This document shows positions 29,857 through 39,238 of a DNA stretch of 64,000 nucleotides, in pieces; positions within the stretch are counted from its first letter, which is position 1, and each line of letters opens with the position of its first letter. Position numbers and translations under genes: made by a program. The notes beneath the pieces are model-generated. The model searched no databases. It was not told where the DNA came from and was given only the letters and a program-made list of their open reading frames with translations. Origin of the DNA: an uncultured bacterium (lineage in GTDB: Bacteria > Patescibacteriota > Minisyncoccia > Phycocordibacterales > Phycocordibacteraceae); assembly GCA_963851445.1 (NCBI GenBank), contig CAWKPH010000001.1:553363-617362 (forward strand), in the 5' to 3' direction.

Positions 29857-30294
29857 AAAAGTATTGATAAACAGAAACGTAAGAAAAATAGTAAATTCAC
29901 ACCCGGAAATTTCGAATTAAAAGTCAAAAGATCAAGTGCTGGGCTAGGACTCTTTGCGGGTCAAGATATTCCAAAGGGGAAGTGTGTAATCGAATATTTT
30001 GGTAGGATTGTTAGCAAAAAGGAGGAAGAGACAAGTCGCAGCAAATATCTCTTTGAGATACGCAAAGGAAAGACTATAGACGGTGCGGCGAGAGTTAATA
30101 TTGCTCGTTACGTAAATTATTCACATCGTCCCAATTGTGAATCGGAAATCTACAAAGATAAGGTTTACTATTTTTCGATACGACCTATCAAAACAGGCCA
30201 GGAACTTACGGTCGACTACGGGAAGGAATATTATGATGAACACATAAAGCCTTATGGCTGTCGCTGTGAGATATGCGTACAAAAAGCTCGGTAA
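29851..30294 (+). CDS. SET-domain protein (lysine methyltransferase-like) with post-SET Cys cluster
   Basis: NIARYVNYSHRPNCE and ELTVDYGKEYY motifs, with C-terminal CRCEIC. Confidence 0.6.
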   Translation: MQKSIDKQKRKKNSKFTPGNFELKVKRSSAGLGLFAGQDIPKGKCVIEYFGRIVSKKEEETSRSKYLFEIRKGKTIDGAARVNIARYVNYSHRPNCESEIYKDKVYYFSIRPIKTGQELTVDYGKEYYDEHIKPYGCRCEICVQKAR

Positions 30295-30322
30295 TTAAAT
30301 ATCTAGAGGAACAAAAAAGAAT

Positions 30323-30592
30323 TTACGAAGTCACTGTGTGTGCCGGAAGCCAGTCCATGACCTTTTTACGATGAAGATCTATCGACCACAGATCACCCTG
30401 TTTGAAGAGAGATTCATGAGAACCTTTGAACTCGCGTAGTAGTCCTGAGGTGGCACGAGGAAAACCAATCGGAAGGTTTTGATTATATGCCTTAAGGAAG
30501 TCGGGGAGTGAGACAGGGACTTCGCTTATGCGAGACTTTTCAGCGTATTTGCTCATGCAAACTATAATAACACAAATTGACGCATATATCAA
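30323..30592 (-). CDS. Hypothetical protein
   Basis: 89-aa ORF with no recognisable motifs. Confidence 0.3.
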   Translation of the reverse strand: MIYASICVIIVCMSKYAEKSRISEVPVSLPDFLKAYNQNLPIGFPRATSGLLREFKGSHESLFKQGDLWSIDLHRKKVMDWLPAHTVTS

Positions 30593-30690
30593 ATTCTCCC
30601 AAAGACAGTAGTCTAAATAATTCCTAAGGATACTTAGAGCAAAATGCCGCCCATAATCAGAACTTGTTGCTTCGTATAGTGGTGCATAGA

Positions 30691-31074
30691 TTATTTTTGA
30701 TCATAATCATAGAAAACAGCCTCGATGTTGTGACCATCCGCGTCGTACACGAATGCGCCGTAGTATCCAGGCCAATAGCCCTTACGGTATCCAGGAGCGC
30801 CATTATCCTTTGCGCCAGCTTCGATTGCTGCTTCGTAAAATTTCTCAACCTGCGCTCTGTCCTTTGCACTAAATGCTATATGAAGTGGAACGACTCCCTT
30901 CTCATTTACTCCGATCCAGAAGTCCGTGTTCTTACCATCATTAAAACCAGCTGCTTCGCCGAACTCCATGTTCTGGGTATATCCGAGCGTTGCGAGAACT
31001 TTTGTATAGAAATTTTTCGCTTTGTGATAATCGCTGACGGGAAGACTGGTGTGCGCTATCATGTAGTTTGGCAT
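30691..31074 (-). CDS. VOC/glyoxalase-bleomycin resistance family protein
   Basis: 127 aa with a betaalphabetabetabeta-type pattern. HTSLPVSDYHKAKNFY and later EAVFYDADGHNIEAV are present. Confidence 0.5.
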   Translation of the reverse strand: MPNYMIAHTSLPVSDYHKAKNFYTKVLATLGYTQNMEFGEAAGFNDGKNTDFWIGVNEKGVVPLHIAFSAKDRAQVEKFYEAAIEAGAKDNGAPGYRKGYWPGYYGAFVYDADGHNIEAVFYDYDQK

Positions 31075-31191
31075 TACGATTAGAATATTGTTGAATTATA
31101 TATCAGTATCCATCATGAAAGTGGCATGCTGAGAAATAGCATCAATATACCATTGGACAATTGCCCCCAAATGTACTATTTTTCATAGATA

Positions 31192-31932
31192 ATGAAAACA
31201 CTACAAGTCGTACTAGTTCTCATAGCGGTTATCGTTGTTGCTGGTGGCATGTACTACTTTTTTGTTCGAAGTATGCCAGCTGTTTCTCAGAGCAGCTTCG
31301 CATCCTCAACTTCACAAACGGCCTCAAGTACCGCCTCTTCTACGTCAGGTACTCCAAATCCTACTGTAAGCAGTACTGTTGCAGGTATGAGTGAATATAG
31401 CGATTTGACCTACGGTTTCACATTCTGGTATCCAAGCGCCCTTCAGGTGGTCCCATCTACTACCGATGACAGTGCTAGTTTCCCCGGCGGTACCGAAGTA
31501 GAAAAGCTACAGGTTGGTCCTGAAGGAGCCATTACTATTGCCGTTGTGAATTCTCCAGCGAGCACAATAACTGATGAACCATTTAATCATGCAAGCCCTA
31601 TACCCCAGACAAAATATTTCTACGATGAGATGACAGGGAAGTTGATGGTTACCTATCCCCAAGGCGCAGATGGTGGAAATTCCGCTACAACAACAGTAAA
31701 AGTCTCAAAAACCACTATTTCAGGCTTGCCGATGTTGCCAAGCGGACTCCGTTTTGATGCCACCATAATTCCTCTTAGCACAACCCGGTTTCTTGTAATC
31801 AATGATGGGGGAGGGAGCTCATTCACACCAGATCTTGCGGCAACAATTGCACAAACAGGCGCATCCATAAACTCTCTTGCTCTTATGACGGCCGTTCAGG
31901 CAGAAAGGACCGCTTACAATGTGAGTAAGTAA
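31192..31932 (+). CDS. Membrane-anchored Ser/Thr-rich extracellular protein (hypothetical)
   Basis: An N-terminal TM helix, then a S/T-rich linker (SSTSQTASSTASSTSGTPNPTVSST). Confidence 0.45.
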   Translation: MKTLQVVLVLIAVIVVAGGMYYFFVRSMPAVSQSSFASSTSQTASSTASSTSGTPNPTVSSTVAGMSEYSDLTYGFTFWYPSALQVVPSTTDDSASFPGGTEVEKLQVGPEGAITIAVVNSPASTITDEPFNHASPIPQTKYFYDEMTGKLMVTYPQGADGGNSATTTVKVSKTTISGLPMLPSGLRFDATIIPLSTTRFLVINDGGGSSFTPDLAATIAQTGASINSLALMTAVQAERTAYNVSK

Positions 31933-32016
31933 CGGGAATCACCTTAAGGGAATAGAAAAAACCAGCATCAAAACTGATGCTGGTTTTTTCTTTATCTACG
32001 TACAACAGAGGCTCAA

Positions 32017-32640
32017 TTACCAGTGGATCGAGTCCCACCAATGGCGTATGTAGGTTATTGGTTTAGTCCAGTAGGTGTAAGTTGGGGGAGCTGTGTAGTT
32101 ATAGGCCGGATATACTGCAGCTGGCTCGTAGTAGCTCTGAGGCTGTGGGTAATAGGTTACTGGCTGCTGATAATAGGTTGGATATTGTGCAGGATAGTAT
32201 TCAGTTTGGCATGTATTTGTGCCGCCAGGACCTGAAACTGACATTGTGAACGTCTCATAGGGATATGCAGTGACATACGCACTTCCTTCAGTGTTTACCT
32301 CACCAAGGCTTGAAATATAGCCTGAGTATGCGCCATATGAAGTCCACGAGAGCGTCCCTTGTACTTGCGATCCGTCATAGGTATTCGGCGTCGTGATGCT
32401 TATGGTACAGGTCGGGAGTTGATACGAATACTGTTGGGGGTAATATCCGTTCGAATATTGCTGTTGATACTCGGATGGATAGTATGTTTGCTCGTAATTA
32501 TAGTCAGGTGCCGTGGAAGAATAATAATCCTGATACCCATTGGGTCCCATGACCTGGGCGTGAGCAGCGAGTGAAGGCACTATAAGCACTGCGAGACTTA
32601 TAAATACTACGGAAATCTTACGTATGCTAAACATAAGCAT
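32017..32640 (-). CDS. Secreted Tyr/Gln/Pro-rich low-complexity protein
   Basis: Signal peptide. YYPQQYSYQ-type repeats flank a central folded segment, with more repeats at the C-terminus. Confidence 0.45.
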   Translation of the reverse strand: MLMFSIRKISVVFISLAVLIVPSLAAHAQVMGPNGYQDYYSSTAPDYNYEQTYYPSEYQQQYSNGYYPQQYSYQLPTCTISITTPNTYDGSQVQGTLSWTSYGAYSGYISSLGEVNTEGSAYVTAYPYETFTMSVSGPGGTNTCQTEYYPAQYPTYYQQPVTYYPQPQSYYEPAAVYPAYNYTAPPTYTYWTKPITYIRHWWDSIHW

Positions 32641-32720
32641 TGGTTTAAGGCTGATAATCCGAAGACCACCTCTGGCCCTATTTTATAAGAAATTAGCGAA
32701 GAGGCAAATGACATCCTGCA

Positions 32721-33413
32721 CTACATATGAGCCTCAGGTTCTTCAGATTCGATTTGGTTTACGACCTCCTTTGCAACCGCTTCGGGAGTATCTACCATCA
32801 TCCCGGGACGGCCAGCACCTGAGGAATAGGGGGTCCCGAGTGCATTTGCGCCAAAATCAGTTGCAGTCATCTTTGGATGAAAGACACTCACAACAATGCC
32901 ATCTTCAGCAAGTTCCGCTCGGGCGGTAAGTGAAAGTGCGTTAAGCGCATATTTGGTCGAGGAATAGGCTCCAAGACCAGGGTAATAATTCTTCGACACC
33001 ATCGAGCTAATATTCATGATCATCCCATGGCTCTGCTTACGCATAATCGGAATCACCTCTTGCATAGCGCGTAGCACGGCAAACACATTGAGCTCCATAA
33101 TTTCTTCGTACTCATGTAAATCTATTTTGTCGATTGCCGAACGCATGCCTTGCCCTGCATTGTTGACCAAAATATCGATTCGTCCGAATCTTTTTTCAGT
33201 CTCTTCAATGAGGTTATGAATATCTGCAGGTTTTCTCATATCGGTCTGAATTGCAAGCGAATTTGGGATTTCCGATGCGACTTTCTCGATTTTTTCGACA
33301 GAACGAGCTGCTAGCACAACTTTCGCTCCTCGACGTGCAAGTTCATGCGAGAGCGCAAGTCCGATACCACTGGATGCACCTGTTATTATCGCTACTTTGT
33401 CTTTTACTTCCAT
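32721..33413 (-). CDS. Short-chain dehydrogenase/reductase (likely true start at MEVKDK; the track ORF extends to 33542)
   Basis: TGASSGIG Rossmann motif and a NNAG motif. Confidence 0.8.
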   Translation of the reverse strand: MEVKDKVAIITGASSGIGLALSHELARRGAKVVLAARSVEKIEKVASEIPNSLAIQTDMRKPADIHNLIEETEKRFGRIDILVNNAGQGMRSAIDKIDLHEYEEIMELNVFAVLRAMQEVIPIMRKQSHGMIMNISSMVSKNYYPGLGAYSSTKYALNALSLTARAELAEDGIVVSVFHPKMTATDFGANALGTPYSSGAGRPGMMVDTPEAVAKEVVNQIESEEPEAHM

Positions 33414-33494
33414 GCCCCATTTTAACATGTTTACTATGTAGCTCGGGTTAAGACTTACGAGTTCAAGATCCACATAACTTAATTGTAAAAGAAT

Positions 33495-34010
33495 GTGCGC
33501 TATACTAACCGCGTGAAGAGACGAAAATTTAGATTCTGGCACTTATTGGTAGGAACACTCCTGCTTGTGGCTATTGAATTCCTCGTGCTTCATTTTCTCC
33601 CGGAGACTGCTGCAAGCATCACGCTAGTACTTGTTGTATCGGTTCTAGGTGCGTCTTTCACAATTTATGTTGCCACTGAAGTGATAGAGGAGGTTCGGGG
33701 AGCCTTTCACATGATCGTATTACTTTGCGGGGTCGTATGTGAGTTTGTCGTTTTCTTTGCATTCCAATATCTATTCCTTTTGGTGGTCCAGCCAGCGAGT
33801 TTTCCTACCTTACCTCAAGATCCCTCAAGCCTTTTGCTCCACAGTGTTATGGTTTTTGTCTTCAACCCACTTTATATTCCAGGAACTTCAACCGGGCGAG
33901 TACTCTTACTTATACAAACATTTGCTGCACTCGGACTTGCTTTATTTGTTCTCCAGAATATAAACGAATTTCGCCGTACGTCCCTAGACCACAAAGCACC
34001 TCATGTCTGA
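33495..34010 (+). CDS. Integral membrane protein (hypothetical)
   Basis: About 5 TM helices. Confidence 0.4.
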   Translation: MRYTNRVKRRKFRFWHLLVGTLLLVAIEFLVLHFLPETAASITLVLVVSVLGASFTIYVATEVIEEVRGAFHMIVLLCGVVCEFVVFFAFQYLFLLVVQPASFPTLPQDPSSLLLHSVMVFVFNPLYIPGTSTGRVLLLIQTFAALGLALFVLQNINEFRRTSLDHKAPHV

Positions 34011-34053
34011 AAGAGTGAATTTTGTTCCTCTTGGGTTACCTTTTGTAGCAATT

Positions 34054-34611
34054 TCAGTCTCGTAATTTCTTTGCAAAATGTTGCCAATCAGGCCACTCCC
34101 ATGTGCCACCCCAGTCCCAGCCTCGTGAGGTAAATAGAGAAACGACTGGTTCGTTAACGTGGAAGCTGCCCGGAACCTGTGGATCATGGGTAGCGTCACG
34201 CGGAAGAGTGGTGCCATCACGCAAAAACTGAGGGTTTAGTAAGGGGTTGATATCTATTGCTAGTCCATATGAATGATTTGAGAGTCTATCGGTGTTATAA
34301 ATCAGCCGGTAATTAAAGGCCGAAGTATTATTCTCTCGCATGGATGCATCATCATCCCAATCATAGTGAACTACCGGTATCGCGTGGGTAATAGGAAATC
34401 GAAGCGCACATATTTCTTTAAATATCTCCTGAACCTCTTGAGCAACTTCCTCGTGAAGGATAATCTGCCCTCGATGAAGCAAGTTGTCGAAGGATATATA
34501 TTCTACATCAATGATAGATAGAGTAGTTCTGATTTCAACGGGAATTGTAAGCTTTCCAAGCCCTTCCTCCAGATTTAATGAGCTGTCGATAATTAGTGGA
34601 GTGTTTTCCAT
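34054..34611 (-). CDS. Peptidase M15 (VanY-like D-Ala-D-Ala carboxypeptidase) family protein
   Basis: HSYGLAIDINP LAS-metallopeptidase motif. Confidence 0.6.
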   Translation of the reverse strand: MENTPLIIDSSLNLEEGLGKLTIPVEIRTTLSIIDVEYISFDNLLHRGQIILHEEVAQEVQEIFKEICALRFPITHAIPVVHYDWDDDASMRENNTSAFNYRLIYNTDRLSNHSYGLAIDINPLLNPQFLRDGTTLPRDATHDPQVPGSFHVNEPVVSLFTSRGWDWGGTWEWPDWQHFAKKLRD

Positions 34612-34707
34612 ATGGGATAGTATAGCCCCCTGTATTTATGAGCTTCGCCTGGTAGTTTGAAATTACTATTTCCCTATAGAGAAATTTTAAGATAGAGTAT
34701 CACAATC

Positions 34708-35682
34708 ATGGTGTCTTCAAAAGAAGAAACAAGCTCTCCAGCTCTCAAAATAGAACATTTACAGAAAGTATATGTTGGAGGTGGGGACGGAGGAATGACC
34801 AAGGGGACTACACATGAGGCCCTGAAGGATGTGTCGCTTACAGTTTCAAGTGGCGAATTTTTTGCGTTACTAGGTCCTAACGGCGCGGGTAAATCAACAC
34901 TCATTGGTATCCTTGCTGGCCTCGTGGTGAAAACAAGCGGGAGCGCCGAAGTTTGTGGTATTTCCATAGACTCCAATCCCGAGAAAGCGAAATCCTATAT
35001 TGGACTGGTGCCCCAGGAGTTTAATCTGAATTGGTTTGAGACATCCTTGGAGATCGTTGTAAATCAGGCAGGATATTACGGCATTCCTAGACACAAAGTA
35101 ATGCCAAGAGCAGAGGAGCTTCTAAAGAATCTAGGTCTTTGGGAGAAACGAAATGATCAATCACGCACACTCTCAGGGGGAATGAAGCGCAGGCTTATGA
35201 TTGCGCGCGCGCTCATTCATGAGCCGAGAGTACTCCTTCTTGATGAACCAACCGCAGGGGTTGATGTGGAGCTTCGACGAGAAATGTGGATTTTTTTGCG
35301 AGAGCTTAATAAAAATGGTACAACCATCATCCTTACGACGCACTATCTCGAGGAGGCAGAACAGCTTTGCCGAGAAGTAGCTATTATTCACCATGGAGAG
35401 ATTATCAAGAAGGGAACCGTAAAATCTCTTCTCACGAGTTTAAACTTTGTGACGCTTCTTCTTGACACTGCTGCGCCTGTGCAACCGTCCACGATGACCC
35501 TTCTCAGAGAGTTTCCTCTCACCAAGGTTGACGATATAACCCTTGAGCTGAAACTTATGCCAGGGCAAACGGTTAATGAAGCAATGCGCAAGCTCACGGC
35601 AGTCGGAGTACAGGTACTCAATATTCGAAACACAGGTAGCCGCCTCGAAGAGGTGTTCATTAATATGATAGGAGAAAAATAG
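34708..35682 (+). CDS. ABC-2 type transporter ATP-binding protein
   Basis: Walker A GPNGAGKST, signature LSGGMKRRLMIARAL and Walker B LLLDEPTAGVD. Confidence 0.9.
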   Translation: MVSSKEETSSPALKIEHLQKVYVGGGDGGMTKGTTHEALKDVSLTVSSGEFFALLGPNGAGKSTLIGILAGLVVKTSGSAEVCGISIDSNPEKAKSYIGLVPQEFNLNWFETSLEIVVNQAGYYGIPRHKVMPRAEELLKNLGLWEKRNDQSRTLSGGMKRRLMIARALIHEPRVLLLDEPTAGVDVELRREMWIFLRELNKNGTTIILTTHYLEEAEQLCREVAIIHHGEIIKKGTVKSLLTSLNFVTLLLDTAAPVQPSTMTLLREFPLTKVDDITLELKLMPGQTVNEAMRKLTAVGVQVLNIRNTGSRLEEVFINMIGEK

Positions 35683-35683
35683 T

Positions 35684-36487
35684 ATGGCTCTCCCAATTTT
35701 CTCAACAATGACCAAGCAACGTGCTCCCATTGTGGTGGGGTATCAGACGATGTTGCGGAAGGAAACGGGGCGCATCTTTCGTATTTGGTCTCAGACACTT
35801 CTACCACCCGTGGTAACAACATCGCTCTATTTCGCTATTTTTGGAACCTTTATTGGCTCTCAAGTGGCTCCCATTGAGGGTTTCTCGTATATTCATTTTA
35901 TTGTCCCTGGCCTAGTAATGATGGCCGTTATTACTAGCTCCTACAGTAATGTGGTTTCGACTTTCTTTGGAGCAAAGATGCAGCGATATTTGGAAGAGCT
36001 TCTCGTGTCACCCTTGCCCAACTGGGTCATTATTGCAGGATTTGTCAGTGGCGGAGTGGTACGCTCGCTACTGGTTGCGGTGTTGGTGCTCATCGTATCG
36101 CTTTTCTTCACTCACCTAATTATTTTTAATGCCCTTATTATTTTTACTGCGGCCTTTTTGACCTCGGTGCTCTTCTCCCTTGCTGGTCTCGTCAACGGTA
36201 TTTATGCAAGATCTTTTGATGGTATTAATATTGTACCTACCTTTGTGCTCACACCACTTACTTACCTTGGAGGTGTGTTTTACTCAGTAAATCGTCTACC
36301 TCCTCTCTTTCGCGACCTCTCGCTTATAAACCCCATTCTCTACATGGTGAATGCATTTCGGTACGGATTTTTGGGAATAACCGATGTATCGCTCGGAATA
36401 AGCTTTGCGGTAATGGGGGCTTTTATTGCCGCACTTCTTATGCTTTCCCTCTGGCTTTTTAAAAAGGGAAATGGTCTCAAAAGTTAG
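35684..36487 (+). CDS. ABC-2 type transporter permease
   Basis: 6 TM helices. It is translationally coupled to the ATPase. Confidence 0.75.
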   Translation: MALPIFSTMTKQRAPIVVGYQTMLRKETGRIFRIWSQTLLPPVVTTSLYFAIFGTFIGSQVAPIEGFSYIHFIVPGLVMMAVITSSYSNVVSTFFGAKMQRYLEELLVSPLPNWVIIAGFVSGGVVRSLLVAVLVLIVSLFFTHLIIFNALIIFTAAFLTSVLFSLAGLVNGIYARSFDGINIVPTFVLTPLTYLGGVFYSVNRLPPLFRDLSLINPILYMVNAFRYGFLGITDVSLGISFAVMGAFIAALLMLSLWLFKKGNGLKS

Positions 36488-36543
36488 TGGTATTTAGTCA
36501 AGCCACTAGATGAAGCTAGAGCCCCCTTTGGTATACTGATTCC

Positions 36544-36855
36544 ATGAAATACACACTCATCATGTACACCTTCAAAGGGGATTCGGAAGCAGATTGGCAT
36601 AACGAAATAGCTCAGTTTGTTGAAGCCTTGAACACTGACCCAGATCTTAGTGGAAAAATATCCTATCGTGCCATGAAAACCCGTGGAGGCTCAGACTACT
36701 ACCATCTTGCTATAGCAACAGATGACGAAGCTGCCAAACTTCTCCAGAGCAAAGAGTTCTTCTCACGCTATACGGCACAGAATAGAATCGCATCAGGTGG
36801 AGAAACGAAAGCCACCCCACTTGAGATTGTTGCTGAGACTTCATACCAACCTTAA
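36544..36855 (+). CDS. Hypothetical protein
   Basis: 103-aa ORF. Confidence 0.35.
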   Translation: MKYTLIMYTFKGDSEADWHNEIAQFVEALNTDPDLSGKISYRAMKTRGGSDYYHLAIATDDEAAKLLQSKEFFSRYTAQNRIASGGETKATPLEIVAETSYQP

Positions 36856-36900
36856 ACACACTCACCCATTTCTTAGGGAGGTTAGAATCTTTGAGATGCT

Positions 36901-37530
36901 ATGATTCAGACATATATGGATAAGCTCGCACTCAACGTTCTTGTTTTGAACGCATCCCTTAAGCACGGACCCGATATTTCAAGTACCGAAGAAGTTACGA
37001 ACCAAGTCCTAAAACATATGCGTGAGCACGCTGCGATAGAGGTGAAAGCAATTAGGCTTTCGGATTCGAATATCCCCGTTGGATTAAAATACAAAGAAAG
37101 CGAGGATGATGAATGGCCTCAAATAGTCGAAGAGATCAAGAAAGCGCATGTGGTTATATTCGCTACACCGATCTGGTGGGGTAATCGCTCAAGTCTTATG
37201 CAGCGCGTGATTGAGCGCATGGACGCCTTCGACGAAGATTATCTCAAGGACGGCCGAAGTGCTCTTTTGAATAAAGTCGCAGGAATTGTCATAACCGGAA
37301 GCGAAGATGGGGCACAGGCTGTCATGGCGGGTCTTATGGAGGCTCTTTCATTCTTTAATTTCACACTTCCCCCACAGTGCTGCACCTATTGGGTGGGAGA
37401 AGTCGGCATGGATCCAAAGACTGATAGCGAACGGCGTAAGAAAAACCTCGCAGTCGATAAGATGGCTGAAACCACAGCAAAGAACCTTTGCCAAGCTGCT
37501 CTTGCCATCAAGGCGAATCCTTTTTCCTAA
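36901..37530 (+). CDS. Flavodoxin-like NAD(P)H-dependent FMN reductase family protein
   Basis: VLNASLKHG...VVIFATPIWWGN pattern of FMN_red/flavodoxin_2. Confidence 0.5.
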   Translation: MIQTYMDKLALNVLVLNASLKHGPDISSTEEVTNQVLKHMREHAAIEVKAIRLSDSNIPVGLKYKESEDDEWPQIVEEIKKAHVVIFATPIWWGNRSSLMQRVIERMDAFDEDYLKDGRSALLNKVAGIVITGSEDGAQAVMAGLMEALSFFNFTLPPQCCTYWVGEVGMDPKTDSERRKKNLAVDKMAETTAKNLCQAALAIKANPFS

Positions 37531-38041
37531 AAAGAGTACGATATTCCTCAAGGAGCTTCAGGAAGCGCTCAATCTCAAGCGGGTTAAGTTTTTCGTGATC
37601 TTGAATTAGTATTTCGGGCACGATTACCGACGGAACGTTAAAGAAGGTAAGCAGTCCCTGTATAACGGCGCGAGTGTGTTGCGCCCCATAGTCTTGATTT
37701 TTTTGGTTACTACTTATGAATCCGATAGTCTTCTGGGTATAAATATCGGATGTCCGTACCATATCGAAGAAGTTCTTGAGTACGCCCGGCATACTTTTAT
37801 AGTAGGTGGGTACAATGAAAAGAAGGACCTCTGCTTCTCGCATTTTTGTTAATTCCGCGTGCTGCTCTGGTGTCGAAGATTCAAACGTAACATATTTTCC
37901 ACTGAAGAAAGTATCGAAAGGGATGAGGGATACAAGCGAGCAGGCCACGTGCTTTTCCTCCGCGACCTCAATACACTTCTTGGCCACTATCCGCGTTGTA
38001 TTCTCTTCACGGATCGAGCCAGAAACAATACAAACTTTCAT
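37508..38041 (-). CDS. NADPH-dependent FMN reductase
   Basis: MKVCIVSGSIREENTTR...LLFIVPTYYKSMPGVLKNFFD. Confidence 0.6.
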   Translation of the reverse strand: MKVCIVSGSIREENTTRIVAKKCIEVAEEKHVACSLVSLIPFDTFFSGKYVTFESSTPEQHAELTKMREAEVLLFIVPTYYKSMPGVLKNFFDMVRTSDIYTQKTIGFISSNQKNQDYGAQHTRAVIQGLLTFFNVPSVIVPEILIQDHEKLNPLEIERFLKLLEEYRTLFRKKDSP

Positions 38042-38129
38042 TTAACCAATTATAGTGACAAGTAAGGGAATTGTCTCTAAATCTTAAACGAGCTCCCAAC
38101 ATCACGTTACTATACCTCTGCTGTTTAAT

Positions 38130-38200
38130 GGGAAGTGAGTATAAAAAGAAAACCACCCCTCCGCAGAAACAAAGACATTATGTCTTCATTTTCGCAGAGA
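38130..38200 (+). repeat. Cassette-array repeat, short variant B1 (GGGAAGTGAGTATAAAAAGAAAACC + palindrome)
   Basis: It shares the GTATAAAAAGAAAAC segment with family A. About 40 nt are nearly identical to the copy at ~44591. Confidence 0.6.
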
Positions 38201-38221
38201 GGCGATCACTGTCGAGTTGGC

Positions 38222-38479
38222 TCAGGACCCTTCTTCGGTGAAAGATCCGCTGCCGAACCCGCCTGCCCGGACGAGCGTGTAACACATGAGGCCGCCGAGC
38301 ATGAGAATAATTCCTATAAGCATGATGCCGACGGGAACCCATTCAGACGGCGCCTTCATTTTAGGAAGGAACAGCACCAGGATGCCGATGACGTCCAAGA
38401 AAAGACCGATGCCGCCCGCCACGCCGTACGGAACAGAAGCCTTGAAGCGCTTAAGCTCAACAACTTCGGGATCAACCAT
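38222..38479 (-). CDS. Small membrane protein, 85 aa (cassette gene)
   Basis: Two TM helices. On the minus strand a TTGACA-N18-TATATA promoter lies between repeat A1 and the ATG. Confidence 0.5.
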   Translation of the reverse strand: MVDPEVVELKRFKASVPYGVAGGIGLFLDVIGILVLFLPKMKAPSEWVPVGIMLIGIILMLGGLMCYTLVRAGGFGSGSFTEEGS

Positions 38480-38512
38480 GATTAAATCTCCAGCTAAGGA
38501 TGGCAAATTCTT

Positions 38513-38546
38513 TGTTATATAATCATAATAATGAGTAATTGTCAAG
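38513..38546 (-). promoter_or_regulatory. Sigma70-like promoter (TTGACA N18 TATATA) immediately downstream of repeat A1
   Basis: Read on the minus strand: GCGGAGCCCAAATTAAAC TTGACA attactcattattatgat TATATAA. It precedes the 38222..38479 gene. Confidence 0.5.
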
Positions 38547-38556
38547 TTTAATTTGG

Positions 38557-38631
38557 GCTCCGCATGATAGAGGACGTTAGAACGTGTTTTGTATAAAAAA
38601 TCGCCGAGCCCCTTTCGGAACACGGCGACAC
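38557..38631 (+). repeat. Cassette-array repeat A1 (GCTCCGCATGATAGAGGACGTTAGAACGTGTTTTGTATAAAAAA + hairpin)
   Basis: Full-length family A copy. The following hairpin TCGCCG...CGGCGA plus T-run on the minus strand acts as the terminator of 38632..39132. Confidence 0.8.
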
Positions 38632-39132
38632 TTATTTCAATAGATCGATATGTTCAACTTTTATGTCGTAGAAGATTTTAAGTAACCCTCTGAAACACAA
38701 AATCATCAACTCCAACCAATCCGAACGCATTATGTAGAAATGCCAGCGTATTGTTAATCTCAACGTCTTATCATCGGTATCACGAGTGACTATACCGAGG
38801 AGATTGCGTTCGAGAGGAGGAAAATGAGTCGTAATACACACTTCCTTTTGTGTACTTGAGTAGGTGCTTTCATTCCGTGCTTCGCGTAAAGCAGCCATAG
38901 CTCGCAGTACCGCCGGATTTTCCTGATCCATGCACTGGAGCACTGTTAAACCCTGTTCTACGTTTCTCCGACATTTCTGCTGGATTCCTTCGAGTATGGC
39001 GTCATGCAAACGAGGCTTGAAGAGTGCCCTAAACGGAATGGCAAAATAGCACCAAATATAAAGAACGATGCCTCCTAACACTGACGTAACAAGAAGCAAT
39101 AGTGGCAACCCGTATTCCTGAATCGGATGCAT
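38632..39132 (-). CDS. Hypothetical protein with N-terminal TM helix (cassette gene)
   Basis: 166-aa ORF. The minus-strand promoter GCGGAGC TGACAA ... TATATT sits right after repeat A2. Confidence 0.5.
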   Translation of the reverse strand: MHPIQEYGLPLLLLVTSVLGGIVLYIWCYFAIPFRALFKPRLHDAILEGIQQKCRRNVEQGLTVLQCMDQENPAVLRAMAALREARNESTYSSTQKEVCITTHFPPLERNLLGIVTRDTDDKTLRLTIRWHFYIMRSDWLELMILCFRGLLKIFYDIKVEHIDLLK

Positions 39133-39188
39133 TCTGCACCTCTAAGGTTCAAATTCAAACTAAATATAACACAGTATTCAGAATTGTC

Positions 39189-39232
39189 AGCTCCGCCTCG
39201 TGTATGAGGTTAGAACCTGTTTGGTATAAAAT
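39189..39232 (+). repeat. Cassette-array repeat A2 (GCTCCGCCTCGTGTATGAGGTTAGAACCTGTTTGGTATAAAAT)
   Basis: Variant with a CCTC..GAGG mini-hairpin. It ends 6 nt before the ATG of the plus-strand gene. Confidence 0.8.
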
Positions 39233-39238
39233 ACACCA

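Noticed and set aside
38135-38485. Plus-strand ORFs 38135..38485 and 44471..44959 sharing the peptide SIKRKPPLRRN
   Set aside because: The shared peptide is simply the translation of the conserved repeat (GTGAGTATAAAAAGAAAACCACCCCTCCG). Both ORFs are antisense to better-supported minus-strand membrane-protein genes. I treat them as spurious.
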